A DNA stretch of 32,000 nt from Ktedonobacterales bacterium (GCA_030167145.1 CP126532.1:4050001-4082000); one strand, 5' to 3'. Positions 10,796 through 18,497 are shown, counted from the stretch's first letter. Program-made: numbers and translations. Notes: generated by a model not told the origin, from the sequence alone.

Positions 10796-10945
10796 GGTGG
10801 AGCGGACATTCTTGTCTGCTGTCTGTGGTGGAGCGGACATTCTTGTCTGCCGTCTGTGGTGGAGCGGACATTCTTGTCTGCCGTCTGTGGTGGAGCGGAC
10901 ATTCTTGTCTGCCGTCTGTGGTGGAGCGGACATTCTTGTCTGCCC
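10796..10945 (+). repeat. Tandem array of 5 x 31-bp unit GGTGGAGCGGACATTCTTGTCTGCCGTCTGT, each unit carrying a family-A hairpin
   Basis: Units start at 10796, 10827, 10858, 10889 and 10920. Units 2-4 are identical, unit 1 differs only at 10820 (T for C), and unit 5 is truncated after TGTCTGCC. Units abut directly with no spacers. Confidence 0.95.
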
Positions 10946-10947
10946 AC

Positions 10948-10971
10948 GTAGGGGCGCACGGCGTGCGCCCC
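10948..10971. repeat. Palindromic repeat, family-B variant: GTAGGGGCGCAC-GGC-GTGCGCCCC
   Basis: Perfect 9-bp inverted repeat (GGGGCGCAC/GTGCGCCCC). It has the same GTAGGGGCG head and CGCCC tail as the family-B copies but a different inner stem. Confidence 0.7.
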
Positions 10972-10986
10972 TCCAACCGTTCATCC

Positions 10987-11009
10987 ATAGGGGCGTCCGG
11001 CGGACGCCC
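10987..11009. repeat. Palindromic repeat, family B: (A)TAGGGGCGTCCGGCGGACGCCC
   Basis: Inverted repeat GGGCGTCCG/CGGACGCCC. The same 23-mer, with at most 1 mismatch, occurs at 17098-17120, 19440-19462 (reverse orientation) and 20353-20375. Confidence 0.8.
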
Positions 11010-11027
11010 GATTGAAATAGAGAACCT

Positions 11028-12602
11028 ATGAACCAGTTCCCGATACTCAGCGTAATCCTCTTCCTGCCGCTTCTCGGCGCGGTGGGCGCGGCGCTGCTGC
11101 CGCGTATGGCCGGCTGGGGCTGGTCGCTGCTCGTCACCCTGGCGGATCTGGCGTTCTGCCTGGCGCTGATCGGCCAGTTCTCCACCACCACGCCGGGCTA
11201 CCAATTCACTGAGAACCGCGCGTGGCTGCCGGGGGTCGGCGTCACCTACGCGCTCGGTGTGGACGGCGTCAACCTCTTCCTGCTCGCGCTCAACGCGCTG
11301 CTCACCGTCGTCGCGATTGGCGCATCGTGGAATGTGGCGCGTAACGGCGACCGCTCGCGCGAATACTTCGTGCTGCTGCTGCTGCTCAGCACCGGTATGA
11401 TGGGCGTCTTCCTGGCGACCAATCTGCTGCTCTTCTATGTCTTCTGGGAACTGATGCTCGTTCCCGCGTACCTGCTCGTCGGCATGTTCGGTGGGCCGCG
11501 CCGCGCCTATGCCGCCATCAAATTCGTGCTGTATACCGCCGTTGGCTCGCTGCTGATGCTCGTCGGCATCATCGCCCTGGGCGCTATCGTCAGCGACACC
11601 TCACATACTGCCTTCACACTCGACCTGCCCGCGCTGCTGGCGCACGGCGCGGCCAGCCTGCCGCGCGAGACGCAGATCTGGCTCTTCCTGGCCTTCTTCG
11701 CCGCCTTCGCCGTCAAAGTTGGCCTCTTCCCGCTGCATAGCTGGGTGCCCGATGCCTACAGCGAAGCGCCCGCGCCGGTGGTCGTCTTGATCGCGGGCGT
11801 GATGGCCAAGACCGGCGCATATGGCTTCGTGCGCTTCAATCTTGGCGTCTTCCCCACCGCCAGCCGCGACCTCGCCACGCTGATGGGCATCCTCTCGGTG
11901 ATCGGCATCCTCTACTTCGCGTTGCAAGCGCTGGTCGCCCAGGATTTCAAGCGGCTGCTGGCCTACGTCAGCATCAGCCACATGAGCGTGATCGTGCTGG
12001 GCATCTTCGCGCTGAATACGCAGGGTGTCGAAGGCGGCATCTTGCAAATGGTCAACCACGGCATTCTCATCGCCGCGCTCTTCCTCATCGCCGCCTACAT
12101 CGAGGCCCGCACCGGCTCGCGACGGCTGGCAGACTTCGGTGGCATGGCGAAGCGCACGCCCTGGCTGGCGGCGGTCTTCATGATTATCACGCTGGCGACG
12201 CTCGGCCTGCCGGGCCTGAACAGCTTCGCGGGCGAGTTCCTGGCCTTCCTGGGCGCATTCCGCGCGAGCGTCGTCTTCGGCGTGCTGGGCACGCTGGTCG
12301 TCATTCCGGCGGCGTGGTACATGCTGCGCTTCTTCCAGGGCGTGATGGAGAACCCGGAGAGCGGTACAGTCGCCACCGCCACGGATATCCCACGCGGACG
12401 GCGCGGCGGCGCGAAGCTGAGCGACCTGCGCTGGGGCGAGTTCGGTGTGCTGCTGCCGCTGCTGGTCCTGACCATCGTGCTGGGCATCGTCCCCGGCCTG
12501 CTCACCGCGCGCATGGAGTCAACTGTGCAACATATGCTGCCGGCAATCACCGCCAGCCATACCGCGCCCGTTCTACCCAACACCACGACCGTTCAACGAT
12601 AA
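11028..12602 (+). CDS. nuoM: NADH-quinone oxidoreductase subunit M (ND4 homologue)
   Basis: 524-aa polytopic ORF. FAVKVGLFPLHSWVPDAYSEAPAPVVVLIAGVMAKTGAYG is the typical NuoM core motif. Confidence 0.95.
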   Translation: MNQFPILSVILFLPLLGAVGAALLPRMAGWGWSLLVTLADLAFCLALIGQFSTTTPGYQFTENRAWLPGVGVTYALGVDGVNLFLLALNALLTVVAIGASWNVARNGDRSREYFVLLLLLSTGMMGVFLATNLLLFYVFWELMLVPAYLLVGMFGGPRRAYAAIKFVLYTAVGSLLMLVGIIALGAIVSDTSHTAFTLDLPALLAHGAASLPRETQIWLFLAFFAAFAVKVGLFPLHSWVPDAYSEAPAPVVVLIAGVMAKTGAYGFVRFNLGVFPTASRDLATLMGILSVIGILYFALQALVAQDFKRLLAYVSISHMSVIVLGIFALNTQGVEGGILQMVNHGILIAALFLIAAYIEARTGSRRLADFGGMAKRTPWLAAVFMIITLATLGLPGLNSFAGEFLAFLGAFRASVVFGVLGTLVVIPAAWYMLRFFQGVMENPESGTVATATDIPRGRRGGAKLSDLRWGEFGVLLPLLVLTIVLGIVPGLLTARMESTVQHMLPAITASHTAPVLPNTTTVQR

Positions 12603-12639
12603 AGCAATCATAGCGCAACGACACGCGAGAGGCAGTCTT

Positions 12640-14274
12640 ATGATAGTCGCTGATAGCGCATTCACCTATACGCCAGGCGCGGCGGACTGGGTTCGTATCC
12701 TGCCGGAGCTGATCCTGCTCGGCGCGGCGCTGATCGTGTTGCTGGCCGATCTGGCGACCCCCGCCGGGCGCAAGGGCTGGCTGGCGCTGATCGGGCTGCT
12801 CGGCGTCGCGGGATCCGCCATCGCGGCGGCGCTGCTCTTCGCGAATGGCGACGGCCAGAGCGCGTTCTTCGGCATGATCGCCGCCGATAAAGCCGCGCTT
12901 TTCGCCGATTTCGTGATCCTGCTCTCGGTCGGGCTGGGACTGCTCTTCTCGCCGGGCTACGTCGAGCGGCAGGGCATCACGCAGCTTGGCGAATACTACG
13001 CGCTGATGCTGCTGGCGGCGCTCGGCATGATGTTCATGGCCTCGGCCACCAACCTGATGATTATCTTCGTCGGCCTGGAAGTCCTCTCGCTCGCGCTCTA
13101 CATCCTCTCGGCGTACATCATGTCGCGCTCCCGCTCGCGCGAGGCGGGCATGAAATATTTCATCCTTAGCTCGTTCGCCTCTGGTTTCCTGCTCTATGGC
13201 ATGGCGCTGACCTACGGCGCGACCGGCCAGACCAATCTGCAAGCGGTGCGTGTCTTCATGGCGGGCAATGCGTTTCATAGCGGCACGGGCTTCGGGCCGC
13301 TGCTGATCGCCGGGCTGGCGCTGATGGCCGTCGGATTCTGCTTCAAGGTCTCGGCTGTGCCGTTCCAGGCGTGGACGCCGGATGTCTACGTTGGCGCGCC
13401 GACCTCGGTCACGGCGTTCATGTCCGTCGGCACGAAGGTCGCCGCATTCCTGGCGCTGGCCCGTGTCTTCGATGTGGCGCTGCTTTCCGTACACGCCACC
13501 TGGATGCCGGTGCTCTGGGCCGTCGCCGTGCTGACGATGATCGGCGGCAATATCATGGCCGTCACCCAGCGCGACGTGAAGCGCATGCTCGCCTACTCCA
13601 GCATCGCCAACGCGGGCTACATGCTGATCGCCGTCGTCACCGGCACGCAGGACGCGCTCGCCGCGCTGCTGATCTACCTGGCCGCCTATGCGGCGATGAA
13701 CCTGGGCGCGTTCGGTGTGGCGCTGGCGGTGGAACGCAGCGATGGCACGGGCGCGACGCTCGACGACTTCGCCGGACTGGCCCGCCACCGGCCCGCGCTT
13801 TCGGCGGCGATGTCCATATTCCTACTCTCGCTAGCGGGCGTTCCGCCGCTGGTGGGCTTCTGGGGCAAGTTCTACGTCTTCCAAGCCGCGATCATCGGCG
13901 GACACTTGGAGCTGGCGATCATCGGCGTGCTGACCAGCGTCATCGGCATGTTCTACTACCTGCGCGTCGTCTGGGCGATGTACTTCCAGGAGCCGCGCGC
14001 AGTGGGCATCCCCGCCGTGAGCACGCTCAGCGTCGAACCGCCCGCGCCAGCGGCGGCACCGGCCAGCGCCAGCGGTGGTGGCGCGGCGGTGCTGGTCGCG
14101 GAGCCAGCCGTCGTGGCCGCGCCCGCCCCCCAGGAGGCTTATCAGCCGCCAGTGCTGGCTCCTGGCGCATGGCTCGGCCTTGCCTTCGCGGTCGCGCTGA
14201 CGGTCGTGCTCGGCATCCTGCCTTCTGGCTTCGTAGACCTCGCCATCCAGGCCGCGCACACCATCCTGCGCTAG
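12640..14274 (+). CDS. nuoN: NADH-quinone oxidoreductase subunit N (ND2 homologue), with C-terminal Ala/Pro linker plus an extra hydrophobic helix
   Basis: 544 aa with GAGAGG upstream. FKVSAVPFQAWTPDVYVGAPTSVTAFMSVGTKVAAF is the typical NuoN core motif. The C-terminus adds PPAPAAAPASASGGGAAVLVAEPAVVAAPAPQ and then GAWLGLAFAVALTVVLGILP. Confidence 0.93.
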   Translation: MIVADSAFTYTPGAADWVRILPELILLGAALIVLLADLATPAGRKGWLALIGLLGVAGSAIAAALLFANGDGQSAFFGMIAADKAALFADFVILLSVGLGLLFSPGYVERQGITQLGEYYALMLLAALGMMFMASATNLMIIFVGLEVLSLALYILSAYIMSRSRSREAGMKYFILSSFASGFLLYGMALTYGATGQTNLQAVRVFMAGNAFHSGTGFGPLLIAGLALMAVGFCFKVSAVPFQAWTPDVYVGAPTSVTAFMSVGTKVAAFLALARVFDVALLSVHATWMPVLWAVAVLTMIGGNIMAVTQRDVKRMLAYSSIANAGYMLIAVVTGTQDALAALLIYLAAYAAMNLGAFGVALAVERSDGTGATLDDFAGLARHRPALSAAMSIFLLSLAGVPPLVGFWGKFYVFQAAIIGGHLELAIIGVLTSVIGMFYYLRVVWAMYFQEPRAVGIPAVSTLSVEPPAPAAAPASASGGGAAVLVAEPAVVAAPAPQEAYQPPVLAPGAWLGLAFAVALTVVLGILPSGFVDLAIQAAHTILR

Positions 14275-14284
14275 CGCGCTCTCC

Positions 14285-14722
14285 CTAATTCGATAAGCCA
14301 ATCTGCCGCATGAACGTCACCAGGTCGTAGAAGAGATTCTCCTCGACGATTTGACCGTTGTCCCAGTGAGCTACGGTGCAGAAGTCCACCTCGAACGACT
14401 TGCCGGTGGGTGGTATCTCCTTACCGTCTGGCCCCTGCATCGGCCCCGTCATCGTCCCGGTGAAATGCGCGATGGAGCATGTCCAGTCACCGGAAGCGAA
14501 GAAGGTCTTGTAGGGTCGGTTATCGAGGTGCTGGTCGGGGAAGGTCTTGAAGAAGGCAATGGCTTCGGCCTTGTGGTCTTCGACACCGTGCGTTGGTGGC
14601 TGTCCAGGCCAGCGGACCACTACGTCTCCCTTATGACGCTTGGCGAAGGTGTCCAGATCCTGGCCATTCCAGGCGTCATCCAACGTCTGCATCAATTCCA
14701 TGTTTCGTTCTTCTGCGCCCAT
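14285..14722 (-). CDS. SnoaL-like / ester-cyclase family protein (NTF2-like fold)
   Basis: 145 aa with a strong RBS (AAGGAGAG) 6 nt before the ATG. The sequence pattern (DAWNGQDLD..F...H..DVVV..PG......G.....AFF..FPD) resembles SnoaL/ester-cyclase proteins. It is convergent with nuoN, leaving a 10-nt gap, and its GC is visibly lower than in nuo. Confidence 0.75.
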   Translation of the reverse strand: MGAEERNMELMQTLDDAWNGQDLDTFAKRHKGDVVVRWPGQPPTHGVEDHKAEAIAFFKTFPDQHLDNRPYKTFFASGDWTCSIAHFTGTMTGPMQGPDGKEIPPTGKSFEVDFCTVAHWDNGQIVEENLFYDLVTFMRQIGLSN

Positions 14723-14893
14723 TGTCTTCTCTCCTTGCCGCTGTAGCGCGATGCATGCTTACACGCTGCCGTGAAGATTGAGCAGCTTCCATGCTCATGC
14801 CATCAAATCGCGTACCATCACATGTCGGCCGTCCTACGGCAGTGCATGACAACGATCCCCACGGCTGGCACGCTGCCGAGCGCGCAAAGCGAT

Positions 14894-14915
14894 GGGCGGG
14901 CCGAAAGGCCCACCC
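14894..14915 (-). terminator. Possible intrinsic terminator after the SRPBCC gene
   Basis: On the minus strand: GGGTGGGCC-TTTC-GGCCCGCCC (9-bp stem, one G-U), 31 nt after the stop. It is followed by ATCGCTTTGCGC, which is only weakly U-rich. Confidence 0.4.
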
Positions 14916-14946
14916 AAGTCTATCAACGTTCCCGCGTCATCCAGCA

Positions 14947-15951
14947 TCAGCGCGCCAGCAGCCGGTTGAAGAGCCGTGAGAAGATGGAGGCGCTGGCCAG
15001 CGTCGGCGCGAGTTGCCCCACGAACAGCCCTTGCTCGCGCCGCCCCATCAGATACAGTGTGGTCGCCGTCAGGATCGCGCCGAGCGAGCCAGCGAGATAC
15101 GTCCAGCCAGTGACCGATGTGCCGATGCCGGGGCGCAGGCCCTTGTAGCCGATCAGGCGCGCCAGGGTGGCGTAGCTCAGGAATGTCGGCGCGAGCTGCC
15201 CCACGAAGAGCGCGTCGGAGACTTGACCCCGCAGCCGAAGCGTCGTCGCGCCGATGGTGCTGGCCACACCCGCGCCGGTGAGCGCCCAGCCCGTCACCGA
15301 CCCCGGCCGGATCACCGGACTGGTGAACTCGCGATAGGCGCGCGTCCGGCGCATTCGCTTCTCCAGGTTGTATGCGGCGATGCCGCCCGCCACCGTCACC
15401 GCGATGGGCGCCGCCAGCGACCCCACCAGCGATCCCGCGCCGCCCGGCACTTCGCGGCGCAGACCTTCGCCGTACACCTCCTGCGAGATGCCCATCTGGC
15501 CCTCGATCATCCGCTTGAAGTTCTTCAGATCGCCAGTCACTTCGCGCTGGGTGATGCCCGTCACCTGGTCCAGCGTCTGAACCATCCGCCCGCCTGGCGG
15601 CGCATACTCCAGGCGCACGCGCACGCCCGTCCGGTTGTCGCCGCGCGGATCGAAAGTCACGGTTCCCATGCTATACGGGCCGGTCGTGTTGCGCCAGACG
15701 ATACGGCGGTTCTCCTGCCGCTCGGTCGTTTCGGCGTCCCATTCCTGCTTGACGCCGAAGATCCGCGCTACCCAGTGGTAGCGGTTGTTGCCCAGCGGCT
15801 GCACCCGTTCGACCGAGGTCATGAAGTCGGGATAGCGCTGGAAGTCTGTCCAGCGGCGATAGACTTCGTTGAGCGGAGCGCGCACTTCGATAGTGTCTTC
15901 AGCGACAAGGTTGGTGCCAGCGGTTTGGTAGACCGGAGTGGTCTGTGTCAT
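14947..15951 (-). CDS. SRPBCC (polyketide cyclase/dehydrase, START-like) domain protein fused to a duplicated hydrophobic C-terminal module
   Basis: Start placed at ATG 15951 (MTQTTPVY), 6 nt after GGAGG. The N-terminal ~150 aa (IEVRAPLNEVYRRWTDFQRYPDFM...IVWRNTTGPYSMGTVTFDP..GVRVRLEY) fit the Polyketide_cyc2/SRPBCC pattern. The C-terminal ~150 aa are hydrophobic and contain two LFVGQLAPT modules. Confidence 0.8.
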   Translation of the reverse strand: MTQTTPVYQTAGTNLVAEDTIEVRAPLNEVYRRWTDFQRYPDFMTSVERVQPLGNNRYHWVARIFGVKQEWDAETTERQENRRIVWRNTTGPYSMGTVTFDPRGDNRTGVRVRLEYAPPGGRMVQTLDQVTGITQREVTGDLKNFKRMIEGQMGISQEVYGEGLRREVPGGAGSLVGSLAAPIAVTVAGGIAAYNLEKRMRRTRAYREFTSPVIRPGSVTGWALTGAGVASTIGATTLRLRGQVSDALFVGQLAPTFLSYATLARLIGYKGLRPGIGTSVTGWTYLAGSLGAILTATTLYLMGRREQGLFVGQLAPTLASASIFSRLFNRLLAR

Positions 15952-16075
15952 GTGCATCCTCCAAATGGGATAGGTGAATCGCAACGTTCTCCTTCACGCT
16001 TGCGGCTCCGATGCCGCGAACGCACAAGCCGGATGGGGGTCGCACGAGGCATGCCAAACATCCATGCAAGCCGCG

Positions 16076-16966
16076 CTATTCGGACGCCTTTGTCGCGCGC
16101 ACCTCGATCTGCCCGTTGTGAATACGCACCTCGTAGGTGGGCTGTGGGAACGTCGCCGGTCCGTTTACATTGCGCCCGTCGCTCAGGGCATACCGCGAGC
16201 CGTGCCACGGACAGACCACGCAGCGCTCCTCCAATGTGCCCTCCGAGAGCGGGCCGCCCAGGTGGTTGCAGACTTCATTGAGCGCGTAGACCTGCCCATG
16301 CTGGCGCACCAGCAGCACCGGCACATCCGCGACCATCACCTTCTTGAGCTGGCCCTCCGCCAACTCCGCATCGGCCAGCGCGCGTACCCACTCGTTGGGC
16401 AGTTCGGTCTCTGGCACGTGTGTCACGCCCAGTCGGTGGGCATAGACCAGATCGCCGCCGATGTACGCGCCGATGGTGACGATGCCGTAGCCCAGCAGCG
16501 CCGTCACTTTGCCCGCGCCGCGTTTGCCGCGTCCACGCAGCACCGCCGAGACGCCATACAGCACCGTCGCGCCCACGTTCACCAGGCCATGGCTCAGCCC
16601 CAGCCTGCGCTGGCGACCAATCGTATATTGCCACTGCGCCAGCCCCGTCACCGCCGAGGCCAGCGCGCCGCCCAGCCCCACCAACACCGCTACATCCGCG
16701 CCCGCCGCATACTCGCGCCTGCGTGTCACGCTTTCGATGCCATCCAGAATCAGGCCCAGCGTCCACGCGCCAACCGGAATATCGGTCAGTACCGGATGCA
16801 GCGGGTGGCCCAGCCACACGCCGTTGAGCAGGTTATCCAGCCACATACCTGTGGGTCGCTCATGCGCCAGCACGCGCGAGACGACCTTCTGCACCTCATC
16901 ACCGGTGGGGTCTAGCCAGGTCTGATCTTCGAGAACCTCCATTGCTTCCAGCATTTCCATCGCCAT
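16076..16966 (-). CDS. Membrane-anchored Rieske [2Fe-2S] protein (DUF2231-like N-terminal TM domain + C-terminal Rieske domain)
   Basis: Start placed at ATG 16966 (MAMEMLEAM..), 9 nt after GAAGGAG. GHPLHPVLTDIPVGAW plus ~4 TM helices resemble DUF2231. The Rieske ligand boxes CNHLGGP and CPWHGSRY are present. Confidence 0.85.
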   Translation of the reverse strand: MAMEMLEAMEVLEDQTWLDPTGDEVQKVVSRVLAHERPTGMWLDNLLNGVWLGHPLHPVLTDIPVGAWTLGLILDGIESVTRRREYAAGADVAVLVGLGGALASAVTGLAQWQYTIGRQRRLGLSHGLVNVGATVLYGVSAVLRGRGKRGAGKVTALLGYGIVTIGAYIGGDLVYAHRLGVTHVPETELPNEWVRALADAELAEGQLKKVMVADVPVLLVRQHGQVYALNEVCNHLGGPLSEGTLEERCVVCPWHGSRYALSDGRNVNGPATFPQPTYEVRIHNGQIEVRATKASE

Positions 16967-17097
16967 CGTGTGCTTCTCCTTCGGGCGGCGCATCGCCTTC
17001 GCTCCCGCGACCCTCGCGGTGCGAAGCATCTGGCCACCGCGAAGCAAAGCCGCATATCACGTGCCGCCTGCGCCTCCATGCACAAGGTCGCGCCTTC

Positions 17098-17120
17098 GTA
17101 GGGGCGTCCGGCGGACGCCT
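17098..17120. repeat. Palindromic repeat, family B: GTAGGGGCGTCCGGCGGACGCCT
   Basis: Near-exact copy of the 23-mer, in the gap between the HDAC-like gene stop (17155) and the Rieske gene start. Confidence 0.8.
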
Positions 17121-17154
17121 GTAGTGCGGAGACCGCTTGTCGCCCAAACAAGGG

Positions 17155-18051
17155 CTATGCTCCCTGCGTTGCCGCCTCGGCTATCGTCAGACGGTGCAGC
17201 GCCACCAACCCCTCTTCGCTGAGTTGCGGGCCGGTATAGCCGCCCGCCAGCACGAATGCCACTGGAATCTGGCGGCGGCGCAGCCACGCGAAGACCATCC
17301 GCTCGCGCTCGGCCAGCACGTCGCGTGTGATGCCCGCAAGTCTGCCCTCCTTCGAGCCTTCATACGGGTCCATCCCCGCATTGTAGAGGCACAGGCCGAA
17401 CTGCGTGCCTTCCGCTTCCAGGCTGGCGAGCAGGTCGGTGATGCTGGGCAGATAGTCCGCCGCGTCACGCACGAAGCGCAGCGTGTGCGGCGGTGTTGGC
17501 GTATAGAAATCGAACGGGTCCACCGCCACATCCGCGTGCCGCACGCCTGGCATATCGTGGACTAGCGAGTGTGTGCCGCCGCCGCAGTGCGCGTCCAGAT
17601 CGAGAATCAGCACCGACGACACAGTGGATTCCTCGCGTAGCAGAAGCTTTGCCGCCAGCGCCAGCCCGTTGAAGGTGCAGTAGCCGTCGCCGCGTCCGCG
17701 CTTGGCATGGTGCAATCCGCTGGAGAGCGAACCGGCGACACCATCGCGCACCGCCGCACGCGCGGCGGCGATCACCCCACCGGTGGAGGCCAGCACTGCG
17801 GGCCACAGCGACGCATCCCACACGAACTCTTGCGACTCCGCCAGCGCGCGTGGCTCACCGGTGCGAATCGCCGTCACATATGCCTCGTCGTGAATCTCGC
17901 GTACCTGCGCCTCGGTCGCTGGCTCCGGCGCCACCAGTTCGATGTCCGCGACTGGCTCGCGTTCCAGCGATTCGGCGATCCATTCCGCCTTGCGCGTCGT
18001 ATCGAAGGCGTGCGCCGCGCGCACATAATCCTGACTGTAGAACAGTTGCAT
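17155..18051 (-). CDS. Histone deacetylase-family (arginase/deacetylase superfamily) Zn-dependent amidohydrolase
   Basis: 298 aa with RBS GAGGAGG 8 nt upstream. The catalytic set is intact: GLHHAKR (His-His), DLDAHCGGGT (Asp/His Zn ligands), YNAGMDPY (Asp ligand) and LAGGY (catalytic Tyr). Confidence 0.88.
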   Translation of the reverse strand: MQLFYSQDYVRAAHAFDTTRKAEWIAESLEREPVADIELVAPEPATEAQVREIHDEAYVTAIRTGEPRALAESQEFVWDASLWPAVLASTGGVIAAARAAVRDGVAGSLSSGLHHAKRGRGDGYCTFNGLALAAKLLLREESTVSSVLILDLDAHCGGGTHSLVHDMPGVRHADVAVDPFDFYTPTPPHTLRFVRDAADYLPSITDLLASLEAEGTQFGLCLYNAGMDPYEGSKEGRLAGITRDVLAERERMVFAWLRRRQIPVAFVLAGGYTGPQLSEEGLVALHRLTIAEAATQGA

Positions 18052-18232
18052 AGCGCCAACCTCCTCACCGCTTGTCGCGAGCGCCTGTTACCATGACGAA
18101 CTGAAGCGCATCTCACATGATTGTCTCTCAGCATACATCAAAGCACGTTTCGCCCACACAGGATTACCCATCGCATTCACACCACGCGCCTACTATCACT
18201 GCCCATCCCGCCCTACCATTCCTCTCTGTCTC

Positions 18233-18253
18233 AAACCCGCGCAGGCGGGTTTT
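18233..18253 (+). terminator. Orphan terminator-like hairpin AAACCCGC-GCAG-GCGGGTTTT
   Basis: Perfect 8-bp stem with a GCAG loop and a T4 run on the plus strand. No annotated plus-strand gene lies upstream of it, so its function is unclear. Confidence 0.3.
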
Positions 18254-18307
18254 GCGGCTGTAGGCCATCCAGGCGCGATTTCAACCGCCCGCTTCCAGCG
18301 TCGCGGC

Positions 18308-18336
18308 TTGACACACTCACGTGGCTTGTGTTACTG
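18308..18336 (+). promoter_or_regulatory. Putative promoter for the riboswitch-controlled operon
   Basis: Perfect -35 TTGACA at 18308-18313. The -10 after a 17-18 nt spacer is poor (TTACTG/TACTGG). Its position ~35-60 nt upstream of the aptamer is appropriate. Confidence 0.3.
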
Positions 18337-18369
18337 GTTATGAACGGAACGAACAAACACATACTCATC

Positions 18370-18472
18370 CCACCGCAACGGGAGCTTGGGAGAACCAGGC
18401 TGAGAGGGTGGCCGCATCCCGCCACCGACCGACGGAACCTGATCTGGATAATGCCAGCGCAGGGAGCAGCAG
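18370..18472 (+). promoter_or_regulatory. TPP (THI-box) riboswitch aptamer
   Basis: Contains the conserved THI-element blocks GGGAGC...GGCTGAGAGGG...ACGGAACCTGATCTGGATAATGCCAGCGCAGGGAG (18380-18466). These closely match the E. coli thiM aptamer core CUGAGA / ACCUGAUCUGGAUAAUGCCAGCG.AGGGA. P1 boundaries are approximate. Confidence 0.88.
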
Positions 18473-18497
18473 CCGACACTTTTGTCGCCGCCTATTG

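Noticed and set aside
10796-10945. Possible CRISPR array (regular 31-bp periodicity with a palindromic core)
   Set aside because: The 31-bp units abut directly, so there are no unique spacers between repeats. No cas genes are in the window. The same hairpin also occurs singly at 113-136 and 7028-7122. It is a tandem hairpin repeat, not a CRISPR array.
15013-16915. Plus-strand ORFs 15013..16281 (422 aa) and 15974..16915 (313 aa)
   Set aside because: They are antisense to the SRPBCC and Rieske genes, which have clear domain motifs and strong RBSs. The products are Arg/His/Ala/Pro-rich with no motifs.
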